From Elsinoe ampelina (lineage: Eukaryota), in assembly GCA_010093995.1 (NCBI GenBank), contig ML992503.1, positions 673,234 through 737,233 of the forward strand: a DNA stretch of 64,000 bases. Direction: 5' to 3'. A model generated the notes under the pieces. That model saw only the letters and a program-made list of their open reading frames with translations, was not told where the DNA came from and searched no databases. Both the position numbers and the translations under genes were made by a program. Shown here piece by piece: positions 14,375 to 24,485 of the stretch. How positions within the stretch are numbered: the first letter of the stretch is position 1; each line of letters begins with the position of its first letter.

Positions 14375-16375
14375 TCACACAGTCGGATGGTGTTTTGCGC
14401 TCGTGCGAGTGGCAAGGGTGGCAGCCCACATCACCAAACTTTTCCAGACACTGATAGGATCGTGTCGGACATCATCGCGCATTACTTTAGTGGCCTCGGT
14501 CGCGCCATCCGATTTGAAGTCGACACGTGGTACCGGATTACCGAGACCTCGTTCTCGCAGCCATTTTGTCCTTGCCGAGTGCCATGAATCAATGTTGTGA
14601 ATCTCTTCTGTCCTTAAATCCTGCCGTAAAATCTCACTGAAATTGTTGTTCTTGAACACTTCAAGCATGGCTGCTTGAAATCTCAAAAGCTCTTCTACAT
14701 CTGTGGCAAAGGACCGAGCTTTGGCTGGTCTACTGCCCCAGGGATCCTCCGCACGAGGATTTATCGCGCCTGTGGACTCCAGGTATCTTTGCATTCCCAC
14801 CACATGGGCGGATAAATCTGTCAAAGACTGGTATATTACTGTCGTATCCTGTGATACCAAACAAATGTACAGGTATAGAGTCCAGCAATATGCGTGTTGA
14901 GGCGACTCCGGATCGTGCAGCAGTCGAATTATCTCTCGTGCATGCCTAACAGCTTCCCGACCACGGATGCGGCCCGATCTGTGTCTCCCCTGGGCTCCTG
15001 CGCATGCAAGGAGTGCGAGCTTGTAGTGTTGCCTTCCTGGAACTTCGAGCTGCGCCCCTCCCAGTGCGAGATCCGCATGCCAAGTTTTCATGACCTGTAG
15101 AGCAGCTCCTGATTCCCGCTCTCGTGCTAGAGCGGCCAAATAAGCCAGGCGCATTTCAGAACTTGGCCAAATATTGAAGTCCTTTGTGAAGATCTCGAAG
15201 TACGACTGGCTCGACGGATAGCCGGCACCCACATCCAGATCAAGGACAGCAAGATTGCCAAGTGTCACAGTCGCTATCCACCTGTTTGGTGTGAGCCTCG
15301 CGAACTCGGGATCTTTGCTTTGATAAGGAGTGCGAAATATCGATCTCCGAGCTGTTGGAGATCCCTTTTCCTCGTTCGTCCTACTTCTTGGAAGACTAAA
15401 GATGGACACAACGAGGTCAACTATCTTCAAAGCGATAGCAGTATCCCATTGGTGTAAATCTCGATGCAGGTCGAGGACAAGAAGATACGCACTGATGACA
15501 CGACAGTTCATTTCGATCTCTCCGCTTCGACATTTCGCCCATACGATAGACCATATTCGATCCGAGTCGCGAAAATTATCCTGCAGAGCCTTTCGTATCG
15601 CTGGTGAATTGTCAGGGTGACGCTGGACATCGAGACGAAGTGCCCTGAACAGAATGTCGTAAGTTACGATGTCTGCCGCTCCAGGACCTTCTTGCGCTAT
15701 TGCTTCATATATTTTCAAAGCATTTGGTAGATCGAAGCCCCTAGCGCATACCTCAAGAGCCGCGTTGTTGACGTATGGATTACGCTTCCATTGCTCATGA
15801 GTTGCAACGTCCCGCCAGAAGATATCCACCGCTCTATCGATCTGCCATCGAGTAACAGGTTTTCTCGTAAGGCCTTTGAGCACGATGGAAAGCGTGTACA
15901 CATCTCGAGCAGGCCCATTGGTCTTCAGATAGTCGTAGAGGACTAAGCCACCCGTCAAACCTCCTTGGGACATGACATGAGCGATGATCTGATTCCATGG
16001 CTTGGCATGTTCAATCCTGGGCGGGGCTAGACGAACGAGACGAATAGCATCTTTCTCATTCGAGGCAGCCAGACAGCTCTCGACTTCTTGAACAAGCTGA
16101 TGCTGCTTGGGTAGTCTCTCCAAGCGGGACTCTACAGTAGCTTTGGCCGCGGGATCGATCGGCTCTGTCAACAGGACCGATACATCCAGCTTCCTCGGAC
16201 GTCGATTGGACGCTTTCGTCTCAAGCCACCTCCGTTGTGATACTACCAGTCCCTTGCTGGGAGCAGCGACCCATGCCGCACGAGTCGTGGATCGTACAGC
16301 CGGCCAGGACAGTCGAGTGATGCGTTCGACCGTTAGCGATGTAAGTGATGACCGCAGGAATCGATGGAAAATCAT
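14375..16375 (-). CDS. Pentatricopeptide-repeat (PPR)-like protein, probably mitochondrial; diverged paralog A
   Basis: Intronless ORF with first ATG at 16375 (MIFHRFLRSSLTSL.., an Arg/Ser-rich presequence). PPR-like motifs include WNQIIAHV..YDYLKTNG..DVYTLSIVLKGL and NNAALEVCAR..EGPGAADIVTYDILFRAL. Colinear with the 24486-26579 protein. Confidence 0.8.
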   Translation of the reverse strand: MIFHRFLRSSLTSLTVERITRLSWPAVRSTTRAAWVAAPSKGLVVSQRRWLETKASNRRPRKLDVSVLLTEPIDPAAKATVESRLERLPKQHQLVQEVESCLAASNEKDAIRLVRLAPPRIEHAKPWNQIIAHVMSQGGLTGGLVLYDYLKTNGPARDVYTLSIVLKGLTRKPVTRWQIDRAVDIFWRDVATHEQWKRNPYVNNAALEVCARGFDLPNALKIYEAIAQEGPGAADIVTYDILFRALRLDVQRHPDNSPAIRKALQDNFRDSDRIWSIVWAKCRSGEIEMNCRVISAYLLVLDLHRDLHQWDTAIALKIVDLVVSIFSLPRSRTNEEKGSPTARRSIFRTPYQSKDPEFARLTPNRWIATVTLGNLAVLDLDVGAGYPSSQSYFEIFTKDFNIWPSSEMRLAYLAALARERESGAALQVMKTWHADLALGGAQLEVPGRQHYKLALLACAGAQGRHRSGRIRGREAVRHAREIIRLLHDPESPQHAYCWTLYLYICLVSQDTTVIYQSLTDLSAHVVGMQRYLESTGAINPRAEDPWGSRPAKARSFATDVEELLRFQAAMLEVFKNNNFSEILRQDLRTEEIHNIDSWHSARTKWLRERGLGNPVPRVDFKSDGATEATKVMRDDVRHDPISVWKSLVMWAATLATRTSAKHHPTV

Positions 16376-16475
16376 CAAGTCAGGTTTGTGGGCGTTCAAG
16401 CTGAAGAAATACCCACCCAATGTCAACAGTGGAACGGGTCAAACTGTGTTCCGAGGCGTGGGGCTTGGAGGATTT

Positions 16476-16617
16476 TGTTGTAACTAGCAAATCGGATCGA
16501 GAGACGTGTGTTTCATTCAGAGAGTTACAATAACCGATTTATCTACTGTGCGTGCGCTGACTTATTAGTACCAGTTCTTTAGTACCAGAGAAGCTGTACC
16601 AGCCTTCTATTATAACA
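16476..16617 (-). repeat. 3' LTR (142 bp)
   Basis: Runs TGTTGTAACTAGCAAATCGG...TATAACA and matches 23294-23435 at 134/142 positions. Confidence 0.95.
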
Positions 16618-16627
16618 CTCCCCCTCT
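16618..16627 (-). other. Polypurine tract of the Copia element
   Basis: Minus strand reads AGAGGGGGAG, abutting the 3' LTR. Confidence 0.85.
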
Positions 16628-16999
16628 AGTATAGATTACTAAAGCTAGAGAACTGTCCTGTCACATATAAGTAAAGTAATTAGCTTATTACTTTATCTCT
16701 TTATAATTGCTTGTAATTGTTAGTGTTAGCTAATCATTAGTGAGAATTCACTATTAGTTTAGCTTATAATTGCTAGCAACAATAGTAACTATTAACAATA
16801 GCTAGGCAGCTATTGTTTATGTAAATAGACTAGCTTATAAGTCTTAATTAAAGAGATATAAGTATCTAACTAGCCTCTTTATAATTTCTCTTTCCTTTAT
16901 TATACTTATAGTAGTAGCTTTTTCTTTTATATAATACTTTTACCTTCTTACTATACTACATTAACAACACTTATAATATAAGCGCTATAGTATAGTAAT

Positions 17000-18190
17000 A
17001 GCTAGGCATTAGTAGCATTACTGCTAGTACTAGTGCTCTAAGTAGTCTACTAGGTAGTAGAGGTAGTAGCAAGAAGAGAAATCCTCTATTAAGGTTACCT
17101 AGTACTTCTAATGTTAATTATAATACTACTATAAGACTAATTACTCGTCTTAATACTCTTAGTAAGTAGCTATAAAGCATTAATAGTACAAGCTAACATT
17201 AATAGCCTAATTAACTTAGACTTTAACTTAATAGTTAGCCGATATAATCTAGAATACTCTCCTTAGGCTTAGGATAATTAGTTATTATAACTATACTAAC
17301 TTATATCCTATCTAGAGGTCTATAGTAGTCTAGGCCTTTAGTACCTATAGTACACACCTAGTAGTTACTAATCCTATTCTAATTAAAGATCTAACTAAGC
17401 AAGTTAACCTTACTAGATCTACTAACTACTCTACTACTTTAATAGCTTCTAGTGCTACTAGTAGAGTAGTTTACTATAGCACTAATTACTACACTAAGTA
17501 TTAGGGATCTAACCCTAGTAATAATTAGAGTAAGAGTAGGGGTAGCAAGTTTAGTAAGTGTATTACTTTACCTAGTTAGCTTAATAAGGCCTACACTTAC
17601 TATGCTTATAGCAACTAATATACTAGATATTCCTTAGCTAACTATACTCTAACTCTAAGGCCTATTAGCTCTCCTAAACCTATAAGGACCTCGAGTAGCT
17701 TAAGGGTTATTACCTAGCCTATTCTATATAGCCTAATATATCTACTAATAGAGCTCCTAAGGTCTATCTCTTTTAGTAGTACTTTGCCTTAGAGGTTCTT
17801 ACTAAGGGCCTATATACTAGAGGCATTATTAGGTATAGTTAACACCTTAATAACTTATACTAACTCTCGCTACTTTATAGTAGTCCCTATAAACTTTATA
17901 GATCCTACTAACCTAACTGCTACTAAGATTTATAACTTAGCTACTATAGTAATAAACTATATAGTAGAGCTTATAAGGATTATAGCTACTAGCTACTCTA
18001 GTTAGCTTTCTTCTATTTATACCTTTATACTAGGCTTAGCACTAACAAGGTATAGTAGGTCTAGATCTAACACTTCTATAAGGTCTACTAGTAGTAATAA
18101 GAGAAGGAGTTCTCCTTCTACAAAGAAGTAATTAGAGGTAGGGGATAGGTAAGAGTTATTAAAGGTAATAATAGTACTAAGTAGTAGATA
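17000..18190 (+). pseudogene. RIP-mutated extra (antisense) ORF inside the Copia, with a DUF3716-like Cys motif; boundaries approximate
   Basis: Codon-like periodicity between the pol end (~18380) and the 3' LTR. Reversing TA to TG/CA in frame +3 (17445-17640) gives C-x3-C...GGGKFGKC(V/I)TLPGQL..AC.HCAY.N..TRCSL. Confidence 0.55.
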
Positions 18191-18796
18191 TAGCTTAGGT
18201 ATAAGTAGCTAGTAATAGAGTTATAATAGCTTTTCCTTTCTCTCTTCTTAATAATAAAACAATTTACTTTAAGCTTTAGACAAATAAGATAGCTTAATAA
18301 GTAGTAGTAGCATAAATAACATACTTAAAATAACAATATATATAAAATCTAAATAAGTATATAGTACAGATATATACTAAGTAATTAGCCTTTGCTAATT
18401 AATTAAGAATCTTATTAGAAGACTTAGGCTTTATAAGTGCATTAGCTAATTACTAAGTTGTATTAATATACTTAAGCTTAATTACTCTAAGTTTATACTA
18501 CTCTCTATAGTAATAATTTCTTAAATTAATATACTTAGATCTCCTTAAATTAGTATAATCTCTTATAAGTTTAATAGCTAACTTGTTATTAATAAAGACT
18601 ATAGTTAGGCTAAGGTAAATATTAGTAAGTAGCCTAAGTTTAATAATAAGATTTCTTAACTAATTAATCTCTCTATAGGTCTTAGTAAGGGTAAGGTATT
18701 TAGCCTTAGTACTTAATAACATAATAATCTTCTATAGCCTTAACTTCTAAATAACTAGTGCACTAAGTATATAAATAATAGTACTAGATATAGATC

Positions 18797-19611
18797 NNNN
18801 NNNNNNNNNNNNNNNNNNNNNNNNNNNNNNNNNNNNNNNNNNNNNNNNNNNNNNNNNNNNNNNNNNNNNNNNNNNNNNNNNNNNNNNNNNNNNNNNNNNN
18901 NNNNNNNNNNNNNNNNNNNNNNNNNNNNNNNNNNNNNNNNNNNNNNNNNNNNNNNNNNNNNNNNNNNNNNNNNNNNNNNNNNNNNNNNNNNNNNNNNNNN
19001 NNNNNNNNNNNNNNNNNNNNNNNNNNNNNNNNNNNNNNNNNNNNNNNNNNNNNNNNNNNNNNNNNNNNNNNNNNNNNNNNNNNNNNNNNNNNNNNNNNNN
19101 NNNNNNNNNNNNNNNNNNNNNNNNNNNNNNNNNNNNNNNNNNNNNNNNNNNNNNNNNNNNNNNNNNNNNNNNNNNNNNNNNNNNNNNNNNNNNNNNNNNN
19201 NNNNNNNNNNNNNNNNNNNNNNNNNNNNNNNNNNNNNNNNNNNNNNNNNNNNNNNNNNNNNNNNNNNNNNNNNNNNNNNNNNNNNNNNNNNNNNNNNNNN
19301 NNNNNNNNNNNNNNNNNNNNNNNNNNNNNNNNNNNNNNNNNNNNNNNNNNNNNNNNNNNNNNNNNNNNNNNNNNNNNNNNNNNNNNNNNNNNNNNNNNNN
19401 NNNNNNNNNNNNNNNNNNNNNNNNNNNNNNNNNNNNNNNNNNNNNNNNNNNNNNNNNNNNNNNNNNNNNNNNNNNNNNNNNNNNNNNNNNNNNNNNNNNN
19501 NNNNNNNNNNNNNNNNNNNNNNNNNNNNNNNNNNNNNNNNNNNNNNNNNNNNNNNNNNNNNNNNNNNNNNNNNNNNNNNNNNNNNNNNNNNNNNNNNNNN
19601 NNNNNNNNNNN
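18797..19611. other. Assembly gap (N run) within the Copia pol region
   Basis: 815 consecutive N. Confidence 1.
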
Positions 19612-22600
19612 AATAAGCTTATTCTATTTACTAGGAATTAGTATACCTTCTAGGTAGGAGATATAGTTCTTAATATTAATATCTAGTCTAAGGAATATAG
19701 TAACTACATCTACTATTATAATAACCTAGTTATAATAAAGAGTATATATAAGGATTACTCTCCTAGTTTTAGCTCTTAGTGTTAGTGCAAAGGTTCTAAC
19801 AAAGTTAATACCTACTCTTTAAGTAAAGCCTCTTATAGTCTAATAAGCCTTATATCTTTTAACTTTGCTATTAGTAAGCCTCTTAGTCTTAAAGACCTAT
19901 TTGCCTGTTATTAGCCTAACACCTCTTAGTGCCTAAGATTTCTTAATAATTAAAAAGGTTTTAGAGTTAGTTAGAGCCTTCTACTCTACCTCTATTATAG
20001 CTTACTAGTAATAACCTTTAGGAGAGAATAGTATATCTCTTACTATTTATAGGTCTAGCTTGAAATTAATAGCTATAGATCTAATAATCTTGCTATTGTT
20101 AAGTTTCTTATAATTAATCTAGCAATATATTCTAAAGGACCTTCTAATAGTTTCTTATAGTAAAAGAGATCTCTTCCTTTTACTAGTTAGAGGTTGTATA
20201 TTAAATAGTGTAATAAGGAAGTTAACATCCTTATTCTATATATATATTAGTAGTTAATTAACATTAACTATAGAATTAAAGGTTAAATATGGTTCACTAA
20301 TAACTTTAGGTAGTAGTGTTATAAGGTCTTTACCTTTATAATTAGTAATATTAAGTTGCTTCTCCTATTTATTAACAGGTTAAGGATCTAGTTTAGAATG
20401 TTAGTGTTACTTCTTCTATTCTTTAATAGAGGTAGATAATTGTTATTTATATCTAGGGATAGAAGGGTAGTTAGATATTAGTTGTTTAACTTAAGGTTGT
20501 TTAGCCTAAGTAGTTTATAGATTCTTATAACTAAAGGGTAGTTAGTTATAGCTATAGCCTTAATTATAATTACTACTAAATGTCTACTCTCCCTAAAGCT
20601 ATAAAGCCTTAGGTTGTTATACCTATAGGATATATAGCTATTTAATGACTTATGTTACTTAGTCTTTATAGACTATATTCTTATTAAATGTTACATAGGG
20701 TAATATAATAATCTTTCCCTTCTAGGCTTACTAAGCATAATACTAATAGAGTATCTAGATAAGGTAATTAGTTATTAAGTTGTTCTATATACTAACATAC
20801 TAACTAAGTAGTACTCTAGCTTAGAATTTATATAATTTAGAAATATGTTAGTTATAGACATAGGCTCTATAGCTAAAGCGTCTAATATAAGTTAATAAGA
20901 CTAGCCTATTATTATTAAGAAGATTCTTTCTTAGCTCTTATATAGGAATCTTCTTAGTTTTAGTATAGGCAATTCTATTACTAATATAGATTATAAACTC
21001 TATAACTATATACTAGAGTTTAAGGGGTGCTCTATAATTAATAAAGATATACCTTGTTCTAAGAATAACTACTTTGTTAGTAGCCTTAGATTTACTATTT
21101 TAGTATTAAGTATTAGGTGTAGAGATATTCTATCTCTACCCTTTAAGATAAATAGCTATTGCTAGTTTATAGTTCTTAAATTTACCTCCTCTATTAGAGA
21201 TAAAGATAAATAAAAGCTTATTATAGGCTATTTTATTCCTTATATAGATAAGTTTAATTACTACTAGTGTATTACTCTTAAGGAAGAGAATAGTAACAAA
21301 CTTATACTTACTCTTACTATATGTTACAAAGAGAAGGTATCTATAGCCCTTACTTAACTATAGTTTAATAGGACTAATAAGGTCTAGATAGAGTTTATCT
21401 AGTAAGTACTTTAGCGTATCTCTTAGTTCTCTTAATACTACCCTCTATACCTTTAATATAGTATATAGTTTATAGTAGCTAAGATCTAATATTTAAAGTT
21501 CTTCTAATCTAATAGCTTAACTTTTAGTAAGGGAAAGAATAGTGTTACTAGCATAGCTTAACCTCTAGTACTATCTTTCTAATGTTAGCTTTTAAGTAGT
21601 TATAATAGCTAGATTTGCTCTTATAGCCTATAGCTTCTATAGTTTTAGTCTTATAGGTAATTCCTTATAGTTCTAAGACTTATATACTTTAAAGTTCTTA
21701 AGCTATTTAACTCTTTTAAAGTGTTTAATAAGGCTAACTTCCTTTCTATCCTTTATTAAGGATTTACTAACTATAGAGATACTAAGTTCCTCTTTATTCT
21801 AAAGATTAGATATAAGGGTATTTAGTAATAATAGTAAGTATATACAATTATAAAGCTCAATAATTAACTTCTTACCTTTGCTATTAGTTAGAGTAAGCCT
21901 AACTATACTAACTTCTACATTAAGTAGCTTCTTTATGCTAATAGCTTATTTAAATTTAAGAACACCTTTATATACCTTAATTGTTAAGAACTATAACTTG
22001 TCTTTAATAAAGTACCTTAATACACTAAAGTTATAGATTGCTCTATTCTTGCTATAGGTTAAGAATGATAATATAGATACTACTACTACTCTATAGACTA
22101 GTATAATAATATTAATATTAGTGTTAGAGCGTTTATCTAATTTACTTACCTTAGTAGGTTCTCTAGATTCTTTAATAGCTACTTAACCTCTAACTTTCTT
22201 AGTCTTTAACTTGTTACCTTTACCTTTAGCCTTTATACCTTTATTATTTAACCTATCTTTATTATCCCTTTTGCTTTAACTCTTTAGTACTTTCTTAGGG
22301 TGCTACTTAAAGCAATCTATATTAGAGTAGACATAATAAGTATACTAAGTGTATTAATCCTTAATATAACTAGCTACTCTATAAATAGGGTTTAGATTAG
22401 TTCTTCTATTATATAGGGGCTTCTATATTCTAAGAGAGCCTATTATCTCTTTAAGACTCTTCTTATAGTTAAGGCTAGATCTCTAGCTCCTTAACTATTT
22501 AGTAGTCTCTATTCCTATAATAAACATAGTCTTAATATAGTATAGAGAGAGCCTAAACTTATCTAGTTTAGCACTAATAGTACTTACTCTTTACTCTATA

Positions 22601-23280
22601 GTAATAGTATATTAATAATAGTACTTTATAAAATCTTTATAGTACCTTTAGGTGTTATAACTTGTTATAATTACCTTATTAAGGTTATAGATAGCTACAT
22701 ATAGCTTATATAAAACAACAGGTTTAAATGTAGCTTTAATAGTGTCTAGAAGTTCCTTTAAAGTCTTCTAAGTTATACTATAGTAAGGTCTAATAGATTT
22801 ATAAATCCTTATTATAATAACACTATAAGTAATTCTATTATTCTTATACTAGGTCTTGTTCCTAACCTTATAGATTGCCTTAGTGCCTTTACTAGCATCT
22901 AGGGCTAGTTCTTTAGGCTTTATAACTACTAGTATCTAGTTAATATTATAAATTATATATCTAAGTATATCCTTTTTAAGGAGGGCTACCTTAAGGATTA
23001 ATCTCTAAGCATTATAGTTGCTTCCTCTCTTAAGAATCTAAGTCTCGAGCATTTTTGCTAATCTAGACATAATAATAGTAATTAGCTAAAGGCCTATTAA
23101 TTTAATTAATGTAATTAGCTTGTTTAAGCCGTTTAAACCGTTTAATTAAAGGGTTAATACGGGCTACTACAAGTGTTTGTCTTAATATAGCTAGTCCAGA
23201 ATTTAGTATGGCGGCTTAGTAATCCTTTTAATAATAACACGCTTAATTTGCTATAGCTTTAAGTGCTTTTATAGAAGCGC

Positions 23281-23293
23281 CGGGCTTATAACC
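23281..23293 (-). other. Primer-binding site of the Copia element (internal tRNAi-Met half-primer type)
   Basis: Minus strand reads GGTTATAAGCCCG immediately after the 5' LTR. This is the RIP form of GGTTATGAGCCC, the copia/Ty5-type PBS. Confidence 0.8.
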
Positions 23294-23435
23294 TGTTATA
23301 ACTAGCAAATCGGATCGAGAGACGTGTGTTTTATTCAGAGAGTTACAATAACCGATTTATCTACTATGCGTGCGCTGACTCATCAGTACCAGTTCTTCAG
23401 TACCAGAGAAGCTGTACCAGCCTTCCATTACAACA
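23294..23435 (-). repeat. 5' LTR (142 bp)
   Basis: Runs TGTTATAACTAGCAAATCGG...TTACAACA, followed by TSD GATTT. Confidence 0.95.
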
Positions 23436-23708
23436 GATTTGCGGTGGGACCCTGAAGTGGTTCCTCAGCTGGAGAACGCTAACCCTTTTCGGACCACGGT
23501 CGAGAGCTGGCACGTAAACTGGTAGGAAATGGTGAGAGCATGATGGTAGGACACTGCTGTAGCATCATTCATTCTACTCAAGTCGGTACGGCTCAATCTT
23601 AACATAGCGAGGATGAGTAAAGGTACTCTCCTTGGTGTCACACATCTACATCCGTGGCTTCGTTTCTGTCATCTATTGTCCATAACCGAAGTGGCAGGGA
23701 TCGCAGAC

Positions 23709-24188
23709 CTAAGCATGAATATCCTGGGTGCTCGTGAATCCTCCAATCGAATCGACTAGAATGGAGAGTTGCGTCCAGGCCCGATGGTCTATGCGCCTAA
23801 GACCACGCCCTTCAATGGGGTCGACGCCGCGGGCAGCAGTGTCCTTGTACCCCTGCATCTTTTGTGCATACACCTGTAGCCTTTCGGGCTGCAGGGCTTC
23901 TGTGGAGATGGTGCGAGTCTCCAGCCACTTTCCGCACTCGTCTCGCCATACTGTTAAATCTCGAAGCGTCTGGCGAATCCGGGTGTCCTTGAAAGCATTA
24001 TGCGATTCAGCCTTGGTCATGGTGCAGAGCACGGCGTATTGGTACTTCATCAATTCATCGCCATCCCACCATGGCTCCTGACTACTTGGTACCGTTGCAA
24101 GGTCCTGTATATCGAGATCGGATCGTGGAGCCTGGATAGCTCTCATTCTGCCCTTCAATAATCGACTCGGCACTTGAAGCTTGTGCAA
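23709..24188 (-). pseudogene. Truncated third PPR-family paralog (C-terminal domain only) or small derived gene
   Basis: ELMKYQYAVL..W..ECGKWLETR aligns ungapped over 48 aa with paralog A ELLRFQAAML..W..ARTKWLRER (10 identities). First ATG is at 24146. Confidence 0.55.
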
Positions 24189-24485
24189 CGTTGGTATGAG
24201 AGTGCAACGTCCCCAGGGATTGCTTGGGGCCAGAAAACCGGAATTGAAGTTTCTGAGTCAGTGCGAGATGCAATGCCGGCCGTCGATGACACTATGATAG
24301 CAGGTCGCGCCTCGTCCACGGTGAGAACATCGGTCAAGCTGGACGTTCTGTCAAGGTATCGAGGTGTGAAACGGTCAAACTCGATTCCAGAGGGCGCGGG
24401 GAAGTTGGAGGGTATATAGCTGGCCCCAATGCTACCCCTCCAACCGCATGCATAAAATTATAAATACATGAGCAGCAAGGAATTA

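Larger units (their letters stand above)
16476..23435 (-). mobile_element. Full-length Ty1/Copia LTR retrotransposon inactivated by RIP
   Basis: Two 142-bp LTRs (TG..CA) are flanked by the 5-bp TSD GATTT (16471-16475 and 23436-23440). The PBS lies next to the right LTR and the PPT next to the left LTR. De-RIPped minus-strand motifs are RT YKA.W.VRGFTQ..GIDF..TFAPT (~19860-19780) and RNase H QLADALTKP (~18450-18425). The interior is very AT/TpA-rich with no intact ORF. Confidence 0.95.

Noticed and set aside
16620..23280. TAG/TAC/TAA micro-periodicity resembling microsatellites or CRISPR-like repeats
   Set aside because: It is explained by RIP of coding sequence, and there is no repeat-spacer structure.
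23326..23517. 63-aa ORF across the LTR boundary
   Set aside because: It is a chance ORF spanning LTR and flank, with a non-ATG start.
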